A stretch of DNA of 17,733 bases, taken from contig JAIRYC010000116.1 in assembly GCA_031267965.1 (NCBI GenBank), forward strand, positions 1 through 17,733, written 5' to 3'. Below are positions 8,447 through 14,870 of the stretch, in pieces; position 1 is the first letter of the stretch; every line of letters starts with the position of its first letter. Under the pieces are notes generated by a model, which saw only the letters and a list, made by a program, of their open reading frames with translations, had not been told where the DNA came from and did no database searches. The DNA is from Oscillospiraceae bacterium (GTDB taxonomy: Bacteria > Bacillota > Clostridia > Oscillospirales > Acutalibacteraceae). The position numbers were made by a program, and so were the translations under genes.

Positions 8447-9562
8447 TCAGACCGCCATGCATTGCTGAAACAAATCCCAAAGCGGCTGAGAGTAATCGAC
8501 ATAATATTTGTGCGGATTTTCAAAGCGCAGCACTTCATACCAAAGGGCATCCAAAAGCGCAGCTTCCGGTTTTTCGGGCGGCTTATTGGCGATATCAACA
8601 GGCTGCAAAAGCGGCGCGGCGGTATATTCAGCCACCACCTTGCGCTTCCAAGTCTGGTGCGGGTCAAAAAGCCAATACGGCTCGCCGTTCGGCAGGACCT
8701 CGCCCTCAAGCGCAAGCACGTCAGCCAAAGCCTTGCCTTCGTTGTCTAATATGCGCCAAAGCTGCTTGCGCCCGGGCGGCGTGATTTTGTCGATATTCTG
8801 GCTGCGCGTCATGCGGGGCCGACCATCGGCTTCGCCAACGGCAAAACATGCGGTAAACTCATTGCACATAGGCAGTTTATCAACACAAAAAACGTCTATC
8901 GGCGCGCCTTGACGTTTTAGGTCGCGAATCAGGAACTCGTCAAGCGCACCGCCGGCCTGAATGCGGCATTTGTCCAGCCCGGCGGCATCCAGCAAGCGGC
9001 GGGCATGAATCGCCTGATAAGCAATGTCTCCGCTGCAAATTTTTACGGCAACATGTCGCGACGGATGTGCCTTGAACGCCTCAATTGCATGGGGTACTCC
9101 GCTCTGCAGAGTTGAGAACGTATCCACGGGCAAAACGCAGTCGTCGGCATGTTCGCGGCAGAGATATTCAAAAGCCGCCGGTTCATCAGCAAAGCAATTG
9201 ACAAACGCATTGCCCGCAAGCGCTTGCTTCGCATCGCCGGAAAACTGCACCTGTACCCCGTCCGCCGCAAGCAAAAGCCGCGCAGAAACGGTTGCCGCCA
9301 CAGATTCTTCGCGAACAAGGCGCAATACCTCCGGCGCAATTTTAAGGAAGGCGGCAGGCTCGCTTTGAACGGTCAGCACAGGTTCACCTGGAAAAACCGG
9401 TGTACCTTCCGGCACCGCACGGATTGTTCCGCCGAAGCCAACACGCTCCAAAAGCTGTAAAACCGCCGCCGTCCCGGCAAATGCTGTAAAACCGCCGCCG
9501 CGGGGATTCCTTTGGAAATAAAGCTCAAAATATGCGTTTGCGCAAAGCTTACTGATAACCAT
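8447..9562 (-). CDS. pncB: Nicotinate phosphoribosyltransferase
   Basis: NAPRTase N-domain pattern (YFELYFQRNP..GGFTAFAG...AVPEGTPVFPGEPVLTV). ATG at 9562 with AGGAGG RBS and a 7-nt spacer. The ORF-track start at 9628 is an unsupported upstream extension. Confidence 0.8.
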   Translation of the reverse strand: MVISKLCANAYFELYFQRNPRGGGFTAFAGTAAVLQLLERVGFGGTIRAVPEGTPVFPGEPVLTVQSEPAAFLKIAPEVLRLVREESVAATVSARLLLAADGVQVQFSGDAKQALAGNAFVNCFADEPAAFEYLCREHADDCVLPVDTFSTLQSGVPHAIEAFKAHPSRHVAVKICSGDIAYQAIHARRLLDAAGLDKCRIQAGGALDEFLIRDLKRQGAPIDVFCVDKLPMCNEFTACFAVGEADGRPRMTRSQNIDKITPPGRKQLWRILDNEGKALADVLALEGEVLPNGEPYWLFDPHQTWKRKVVAEYTAAPLLQPVDIANKPPEKPEAALLDALWYEVLRFENPHKYYVDYSQPLWDLFQQCMAV

Positions 9563-9587
9563 GCCATCCCCTCCTAATAAAAAATAA

Positions 9588-9616
9588 AGTATAGCACTTT
9601 TTACCTGTATGTTCAA
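9588..9616 (-). promoter_or_regulatory. Promoter for pncB: -35 TTGAAC (9616..9611), 17-nt spacer, -10 TATACT (9593..9588), with an upstream TG (extended -10).
   Basis: Read directly. Lies back-to-back with the plus-strand promoter of the SPFH operon. Confidence 0.5.
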
Positions 9617-9622
9617 TCCCAT

Positions 9623-9651
9623 TTGCATTCATTCGAGCCGTGTGCTATACT
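9623..9651 (+). promoter_or_regulatory. Promoter for the SPFH/zinc-ribbon/TPM operon: -35 TTGCAT (9623-9628), 17-nt spacer, -10 TATACT (9646-9651) with TG extension. A 13-bp palindrome GCTATA-C-TATAGC (9644-9656) overlaps the -10.
   Basis: Read directly. The same 10-mer GTGCTATACT also forms the -10 of the divergent pncB promoter. Confidence 0.55.
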
Positions 9652-9696
9652 ATAGCAAAGAAAGGATGCGCGAAAAAAGCGTAAAGGTTTAACAGC

Positions 9697-9729
9697 TTTT
9701 TGTGCGTGCCATTTCTTGCACATGGTGCG
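9697..9729 (+). promoter_or_regulatory. 5'-UTR stem-loop (TGCCATTT ... 17 nt ... AAATGGCA). Its 3' arm ends one base before the AGGAGG SD (9728-9733).
   Basis: Perfect 8-bp inverted repeat read directly. Position suggests a translational or transcriptional control element. Confidence 0.35.
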
Positions 9730-9752
9730 CAAAATGGCAGGAGGTACAACAA

Positions 9753-10991
9753 ATGGGACTTATTAAAGCGGCAATCGGCGCGACCGGCGGCACTCTTGCT
9801 GACCAGTGGAAGGAATTTTTTACCTGCGACGCGCTTGATAACAATACACTCGCTGTGCGTGGTCACAAGCAGACGAGCCACCGCAGTTCGAACACAAAAG
9901 GGCATGACAACGTCGTCACGTCCGGGAGCGGCATCGCGATTGCTGACGGGCAGTGCATGCTGATTGTTGAACAGGGGCGCATCGTGGAGGTTTGCGCAGA
10001 GCCGGGCGCTTATACCTATGACGCTTCCAGTGAGCCGTCAATCTTCTGCGGCAACCTTGGCCAAGGGCTGCGGAATGTGTTTGCCACAATCGGCAAGCGC
10101 TTCGTTTATGGCGGCGACGCGGCAAAGGATCAGCGTATTTATTATTTCAATACCAAAGAAATATTCGATAACAAATTCGGCACAAACAACCCGGTTCCCT
10201 TCCGCGTTGTGGACAAGAACATTGGGCTTGATATTGACGTTTCGGTGCGCTGCAACGGAATTTTCACCTACCGTGTTGAAAACCCATTGCTGTTCTATAC
10301 AAATGTTTGCGGAAATGTTGATGATGCCTTCCGCAAGGAACAAATTTCTGAAACATTGCGCACGGATTTGCTCAATGCATTGGCGCCTGCGCTGGCAAAA
10401 GTCAGTGAGCTTCAGATTCGCCCCAACCAAATTGCAAGCAAAAGCATGGAGATGCGCGATGCCCTACAGGATATTCTGACAGCGGAGTGGGTGGGCAAAC
10501 GCGGCTTGCAGATTTTGAGTGTCAGCTTTAACCCCGTGACGGTTCCGCCGGAGGATGAAGAGCTGATTAAACAGGCACAGCGCGCGGCAATGCTGCAAAA
10601 TCCAACCTATGCTGCGGCGGCTCTTGCTACGGCGCAGGCCGACGCAATGAAGGCGGCAGCCGAAAACGAAGCCGGCGCAATGACGGGCTTTATGGGCATG
10701 GGCTTTGCCCAGCAAATGGGCGGCGCAAACCCGGCGCAGTTATTCCAGTTTGGCGCGCCTCCAACAGGACAGACAAGCGTTCCGACTCCGCCGCCCAGCA
10801 CACCCGCTCCTGCGAACCAAGGCGCATCAAGTTGGGTATGCGCGTGCGGCGCAAGCAACAGCGGGAATTTCTGCACCAACTGCGGCATGGCTAAGTCGGC
10901 GGTCGCAGCTGCGTGTGCAACCTGCGGCTGGACTGTTCCCCAAGGGCAAGCGAAACCGAATTTCTGCCCCAATTGTGGAGTTAAGCTGTAG
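9753..10991 (+). CDS. SPFH/Band-7 (stomatin/prohibitin-family) protein with an Ala/Gln-rich coiled-coil, a Pro-rich linker and a C-terminal double zinc ribbon (CxCG...CTNCG; CATCG...CPNCG). YdjI-like (COG4260-type).
   Basis: ATG at 9753 with AGGAGG RBS and an 8-nt spacer; the ORF-track start at 9702 has no RBS. Domain architecture read from the translation. Confidence 0.85.
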   Translation: MGLIKAAIGATGGTLADQWKEFFTCDALDNNTLAVRGHKQTSHRSSNTKGHDNVVTSGSGIAIADGQCMLIVEQGRIVEVCAEPGAYTYDASSEPSIFCGNLGQGLRNVFATIGKRFVYGGDAAKDQRIYYFNTKEIFDNKFGTNNPVPFRVVDKNIGLDIDVSVRCNGIFTYRVENPLLFYTNVCGNVDDAFRKEQISETLRTDLLNALAPALAKVSELQIRPNQIASKSMEMRDALQDILTAEWVGKRGLQILSVSFNPVTVPPEDEELIKQAQRAAMLQNPTYAAAALATAQADAMKAAAENEAGAMTGFMGMGFAQQMGGANPAQLFQFGAPPTGQTSVPTPPPSTPAPANQGASSWVCACGASNSGNFCTNCGMAKSAVAAACATCGWTVPQGQAKPNFCPNCGVKL

Positions 10992-11018
10992 CGCTCTCTG
11001 TCAGGAGATAAGCAGATT

Positions 11019-11483
11019 ATGGAACAGACTTTTAAGCTGAGGACCGACTGCCGGGCTTCTGAGAACGCGCAATGGGATGAAGTGTGGAACGCCTTGCAGC
11101 AGTTGACGGTCAGTAAGGATGCCTTTCTTGTCTTAACAGAAGCGGTACCCAACGGACCGGTTGCATATATGCAGGCTTGCCAAGAAAACGGCAGCTATCA
11201 CATGGAAGTACAGCTTGTGGATGCCCAAGGGCATACGCAAAACTTGTACTGCGTTCTGCCCTTCTCGGAACTCACGGCGATTTTTGAAAACTGGTTTCTG
11301 CGGGGACAGGTGCCGGACACAAATCGGTGGATAGTTATGGAACTCGGATTAGTTTCTGAAGCGTCCAATGCGCAAGACGCGCGCAAAAACAAAATCATAA
11401 CAATGGCAATCGCAGTGGTTGCGGCAATGATCATTGGTCTTTGCTGCGTATATATTGTATGGGACACTTTTCTGCGCTATTGA
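11019..11483 (+). CDS. Hypothetical tail-anchored membrane protein (roughly 115-aa soluble Cys/Trp-containing domain plus a single C-terminal TM helix). No family recognised.
   Basis: ATG at 11019, 25 nt after the SPFH stop, preceded by AGGAGA. The C-terminal hydrophobic stretch is IITMAIAVVAAMIIGLCCVYIVW. Confidence 0.6.
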   Translation: MEQTFKLRTDCRASENAQWDEVWNALQQLTVSKDAFLVLTEAVPNGPVAYMQACQENGSYHMEVQLVDAQGHTQNLYCVLPFSELTAIFENWFLRGQVPDTNRWIVMELGLVSEASNAQDARKNKIITMAIAVVAAMIIGLCCVYIVWDTFLRY

Positions 11484-11535
11484 CCACTTGACGGCCAAAC
11501 GCCACCCCCTACATAAATTAAGAGGAGAAAGTCCT

Positions 11536-12612
11536 ATGTCCCAACTGTTGGAATACAAATGCCCCAACTGCGGCGGCGCAATCGCTTTTAGCCCCGGTGC
11601 GCAAGAGCTTGTTTGTCCATATTGCAACGGGCACTTTCCGGTGCAGTCTTTGCAATCAATGGACAGCGCGCTGAACCAACCGGCGACGGAGCCTGAGTGG
11701 CATAAACAACCGGGAGCCGAGTGGTCAAGCCATGAACAGGATGGCATGTCTGTCTATGCCTGCAGCTCATGCGGCGGTGAAATTATTGGCGACAATACGC
11801 TTGCGGCGACCTCTTGCCCGTTCTGTGGCAACCCCGTGGTGATGTCGCGTCAGTTTGCGGGCGATTTGCGTCCGGATTTGGTCGTGCCGTTCAAGCAGGA
11901 CAAAGCCGCTGCCATCGCCGCGCTGTCAAAGCATTATAAAGGTAAGCCGTTTTTGCCAAAGCTCTTCCGCGATGCAAACCGCTTGGAGGAAATCAAAGGC
12001 ATGTATGTGCCGTTTTGGCTCTTTAGCGCACATGTTGACGCATATATAAGCTACAACGCTACACGTGTGCGCCGCTGGAGCGATTCCAATTACGACTACA
12101 CAGAAACCAATCGTTATCTTGTGAACCGCGAAGGCTCGCTGGCATTTTCAAACGTCCCCTGCGACGCATCCTCAAAAATGCCAGACGACCTGATGGATTC
12201 ATTGGAGCCATTTGACTGGAATGACGCCGTGGATTTTAAAACGGCGTATATGGCGGGCTTTTTTGCCGACAGGTATGATGTGGACAGTGTACAGTCCGCG
12301 CCGCGTGCAAATCTGCGCATTGCCCGCACCACTGAGACGCTTTTCCGGCAGAGTGTGGCAGGCTACAATACTGTAGTGCCGGTCGGGCAGAATATACACC
12401 CCTCCCACGGGACGGTGCGGTATGGCCTGTTGCCTGTTTGGCTGCTCAGTACACACTGGAAGGATAAAGTCCATACCTTCGTAATGAACGGTCAGACGGG
12501 TAAAATGGTTGGTGATTTGCCGGTTTCTGTTGGTAAATTTGCGGCATGGTTTTTGGGTTTGGCAGCAGGAATTGGCGGAATTATTGCGTTACTGTTGCAT
12601 TTTTTTAACTGA
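11536..12612 (+). CDS. Double zinc-ribbon protein with a C-terminal TM anchor (CPNCGG..CPYCNG and CSSCGG..CPFCGN). YdjG-like.
   Basis: ATG at 11536 with GAGGAG RBS and an 8-nt spacer. The ORF track extends upstream to 11434 without support. The conserved block LPVWLLSTHWKDKVHTFVMNGQTGKMVGDLP precedes the TM helix. Confidence 0.8.
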   Translation: MSQLLEYKCPNCGGAIAFSPGAQELVCPYCNGHFPVQSLQSMDSALNQPATEPEWHKQPGAEWSSHEQDGMSVYACSSCGGEIIGDNTLAATSCPFCGNPVVMSRQFAGDLRPDLVVPFKQDKAAAIAALSKHYKGKPFLPKLFRDANRLEEIKGMYVPFWLFSAHVDAYISYNATRVRRWSDSNYDYTETNRYLVNREGSLAFSNVPCDASSKMPDDLMDSLEPFDWNDAVDFKTAYMAGFFADRYDVDSVQSAPRANLRIARTTETLFRQSVAGYNTVVPVGQNIHPSHGTVRYGLLPVWLLSTHWKDKVHTFVMNGQTGKMVGDLPVSVGKFAAWFLGLAAGIGGIIALLLHFFN

Positions 12613-12624
12613 GAGGACAAAGAA

Positions 12625-13665
12625 ATGATATACCGTAAAGACATATCTTCCTTCACAGCGTTTCTTTTAGTTCTGTGTGCACTGTGGAGTTTGCTGGGAT
12701 TTTCTGCCCTGGCATTAACCCCAACCCAACCCGTTACCTCGAGGCAAACGCAAACAACCAAGCCCCAATCCACAACCACCAGACCAGCAGTGACAACCAC
12801 TGTACCATTAACTGCCGCACTCAGTAAAGCACACATTGAGCAGTTGGTCGTTGACAACGCTGGATTATTAACCGATGCTCAAGTGAAAGCGCTGCGCAAA
12901 AAGCTTGCCGATATTTCCCGGCGGCAATTTGCAGATGTTGCTGTGGTTACAGTTGAATCGCTCAATGGAAAAACGGTCGCAGAATATGCAGATGATTATT
13001 TTGATGAAAACGGGTATGGCCAAGGCAAACAGAAAGAAAAAGACGGCATACTGTTCTTGATAGCTATTCATGACAGAGAATGGGCAATGAGCACCTGCGG
13101 CTTTTGCATTCAGGCTTTTACCGATACCGACCTTGACTACATGGAAAATGAGTTCCTGCCATCCCTCCGCAGCGGCGATTTTGCCAATGCATTCGCCGTA
13201 TTTGCCAATTTGTGCGATGAAGGCTTACGGCAATATCATGTCAACAAAAACAATCCTAAAAATCCAAACAAGGATGATACGCCTTATTATCCTGACACAG
13301 ATTGGATACCAAGTTATCCGTCAGACTGGACATACAATGGCCTATCCTCCGGATTAACAGCCGGAGGTAAAATTCTTACAAGCTTGGTTATTGGCTCCGT
13401 TATTTCGCTTATCATTGTGCTGATTATGCGCAACCGTCACAAAAGCGTAAAGCGGCAGTCTTCCGCTTTAAACTGCGTTGTGCCGGGCAGTGTGAACATC
13501 ATAAACGCGGGCGAAATTTTCCTCGGCAGTTCAGTCGCCAGACACGCGCGCCCGGAGGAGAGCAACTTTAGCAGCGGCGGCGGACACTCTTTTGGCGGCG
13601 GAGGCAGCAGCACACATACAAGTTCGTCCGGTTCTACACACGGCGGCTCAAGCGGGCATTTTTAA
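12625..13665 (+). CDS. TPM-domain (TLP18.3/Psb32/MOLO-1, YgcG-like) membrane protein. It has a signal/TM N-terminus, a Thr/Pro-rich linker, the TPM domain, a second TM helix and a Gly/Ser/His-rich C-terminal tail. YdjH-like.
   Basis: ATG at 12625 with GAGAGGA RBS. The TPM-like block (LLTDAQVKALRKKLADISRRQFADVAVVTVESLNG...ILFLIAIHDREWAM) was read from the translation. Confidence 0.85.
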   Translation: MIYRKDISSFTAFLLVLCALWSLLGFSALALTPTQPVTSRQTQTTKPQSTTTRPAVTTTVPLTAALSKAHIEQLVVDNAGLLTDAQVKALRKKLADISRRQFADVAVVTVESLNGKTVAEYADDYFDENGYGQGKQKEKDGILFLIAIHDREWAMSTCGFCIQAFTDTDLDYMENEFLPSLRSGDFANAFAVFANLCDEGLRQYHVNKNNPKNPNKDDTPYYPDTDWIPSYPSDWTYNGLSSGLTAGGKILTSLVIGSVISLIIVLIMRNRHKSVKRQSSALNCVVPGSVNIINAGEIFLGSSVARHARPEESNFSSGGGHSFGGGGSSTHTSSSGSTHGGSSGHF

Positions 13666-13666
13666 T

Positions 13667-14323
13667 ATGGCAAACATTCGTTGTGTCCTGTGGGACTGGA
13701 ACGGTACATTACTGGACGACGTTGGCGCATCACTCGCAGCAGTGAATGACATGCTTGCACGCCGCCACCGCCCAGCAATTGATTTGTTGGCATACCGGGA
13801 AGCAATTGGCGTACCTATCCGTAGATTTTATAATATACATTTTGACATGACACAAGAGAATTATCCCGCTCTTTTGAGCGAATATAGCAAGGATTATACC
13901 ACGCACTTGACCAAATGCAATTTGGCAAGCGGTGCTATTGCTTTGCTGAAAAAGCTGCATTTTACAGGTGTTTTACAAGTTATACTCAGTTCCAGTGAGC
14001 AGAAAATTGTTGAGAATGCGTTGGCGCGTTACAATGTCGCGCAGTATTTTGACGCAGTTTTGGGCGCATCCGATTACTTTGCCGATAGTAAGCTGGAACG
14101 GGCGCGTGAATATCTGCGGGTACAAACCCCCCCCCCTAAGCAAGTGTTGCTTATGGGCGATTTGGTGCATGATTTTGATGTTGCGCAGGAGCTTGGCACA
14201 CAGTGCGTTTTGGTCAACTGGGGACACCAAGGTGAAGCACAATTTGTGAGGCTGGGTGCACAGGTAATATCTTCGCTTTGTGAACTTGAACTTTTGCCAT
14301 GCTCCCCGCACGCGCGGGGATGA
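13667..14323 (+). CDS. HAD-IA family hydrolase (phosphatase). Motif I is WDWNGTLLDD and motif IV is MGDLVHD. Translationally coupled to the TPM gene (TAA-t-ATG).
   Basis: HAD motifs read directly. The last 8 codons and the TGA stop are supplied by a CRISPR-repeat-like sequence. The CDS contains a C9 homopolymer (14126-14134). Confidence 0.75.
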   Translation: MANIRCVLWDWNGTLLDDVGASLAAVNDMLARRHRPAIDLLAYREAIGVPIRRFYNIHFDMTQENYPALLSEYSKDYTTHLTKCNLASGAIALLKKLHFTGVLQVILSSSEQKIVENALARYNVAQYFDAVLGASDYFADSKLERAREYLRVQTPPPKQVLLMGDLVHDFDVAQELGTQCVLVNWGHQGEAQFVRLGAQVISSLCELELLPCSPHARG

Positions 14324-14327
14324 TACA
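14299..14327 (+). repeat. Solitary 29-nt type I-E-like CRISPR repeat: ATGCTCCCCGCACGCGCGGGGATGATACA (6-bp stem CCCCGC/GCGGGG, ACGC loop). No second copy and no spacer periodicity in the window.
   Basis: Matches, from memory, the I-E repeat family GTGyTCCCCGC-N4/5-GCGGGGATGAwCCs in 24-25 of 29 positions, including the hairpin and the GGGGATGA 3' handle. Searches for CCCCGC..GCGGGG elsewhere in the window were negative. Confidence 0.45.
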
Positions 14328-14716
14328 CCTCCGCTCTGCCACGGCGTCCGGCACCGGCGATATGAGTATCCGGTGTCCGCCGGGTCCTGGTCGCCCGGAT
14401 GGTCGTCGTCATCATAGACCAGCAAGCGCGACGGGACATAAGTAGTGGTCTTTTTCTTTGCGGGGGCTTTCGGAGCGGCAGCAGTCTCGGTGTCCTGTGT
14501 AGCGGCTTCGGTGCTGTCTTCGGCGGCTGGCTCATCAGTGGCGGCAAGCGCCGTCTCTATCTCGGCCAAGCATGCAAGCAGCTTCGCTTTTTCGGCCTCG
14601 AGGGCTGCGCGGACGGGTGCGATGTCCGCTTTTACTTCGAAAGTGACGCCGTCCGGAAGCTCTTCGCTCTCCAGCGCCGCCTCGGGCACGTCGTAGATAT
14701 CCAGCTTGAGTACATT
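14328..14716 (-). pseudogene. Truncated acidic, low-complexity ORF (..DIYDVPEAALESEELPDGVTFEVKADIAPVRAALEAEKAKLLACLAEIETALAATDEPAAEDSTEAATQ..KKKTTTYVPSRLLVYDDDD..) with no ATG start. It runs uninterrupted into the I-E-like repeat and the antisense of the HAD gene. Probably a 3'-truncated remnant of mobile-element origin.
   Basis: Coding-like GC3 bias and in-frame run directly downstream of promoter P2. An in-frame stop lies at 14717-14719. Only GTG/CTG candidate starts, none with an SD. Confidence 0.3.
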
Positions 14717-14742
14717 TTACCACTCTGTGCCCAAAAAGTCAA
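14714..14742 (-). promoter_or_regulatory. Promoter P2: -35 TTGACT (14742..14737), 17-nt spacer, -10 TAAAAT (14719..14714). Second copy of a 24-nt duplicated element AAAGGCTTGAC(G/T)TTTTGGGCAC.
   Basis: Read directly. Near-identical to P1, which lies 128 bp upstream on the same strand. Confidence 0.5.
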
Positions 14743-14758
14743 GCCTTTGCGGATAAAG

Positions 14759-14797
14759 AAAAAAATCGGGGAAAAGTTACCGAAGCAACTCTCCCCC
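14759..14797 (-). terminator. Rho-independent terminator. 13-bp stem GGGGGAGAGTTGC/GTAACTTTTCCCC (two G-U pairs) closed by a cUUCGg tetraloop, followed by a U7 tract.
   Basis: Read directly from the minus strand: gggggagagttgcTTCGgtaacttttcccc ga ttttttt. Confidence 0.65.
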
Positions 14798-14835
14798 TAC
14801 TAAAAGCTGCAGCTGTAACTGCGACTTTTTCATAT
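14759..14835 (-). ncRNA. Candidate ~77-nt small transcript from P1 (TSS about 14835) to the UUCG terminator. It could equally be a leaderless 18-codon micro-ORF (ATG 14833; MKKSQLQLQLLVGGELLR; stop 14779-14777).
   Basis: Consensus promoter plus strong terminator 77 nt apart with no long ORF between them. Purely structural inference. Confidence 0.3.
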
Positions 14836-14841
14836 GATACT

Positions 14842-14870
14842 AGTATACACAGACGTGCCCAAAACGTCAA
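14842..14870 (-). promoter_or_regulatory. Promoter P1: -35 TTGACG (14870..14865; it contains the endolysin TGA stop), 17-nt spacer, -10 TATACT (14847..14842).
   Basis: Read directly. First copy of the duplicated 24-nt element. Confidence 0.5.

Noticed and set aside
8311-9460. Plus-strand ORFs (8311..8784, 8435..8749, 8508..8912, 9024..9368, 9149..9460) and minus-strand ORFs (8398..8715, 9043..9339, 9373..9567) in the pncB region
   Set aside because: They are antisense to or overlapping the NAPRTase frame, with no RBS or family resemblance.
14328-14420. Additional CRISPR repeats or spacers making an array
   Set aside because: No other CCCCGC-N4-GCGGGG unit exists in the window. The nearest GCGGGG elsewhere, at about 9500, lacks the hairpin partner. 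Only a solitary repeat is supportable.
13973-14689. 238-aa minus-strand ORF spanning the HAD gene in antisense
   Set aside because: The portion 13973-14323 is antisense to a well-supported HAD CDS and is open only because of GC-rich codon usage. Only the 14328-14716 part is kept, as a possible truncated gene.
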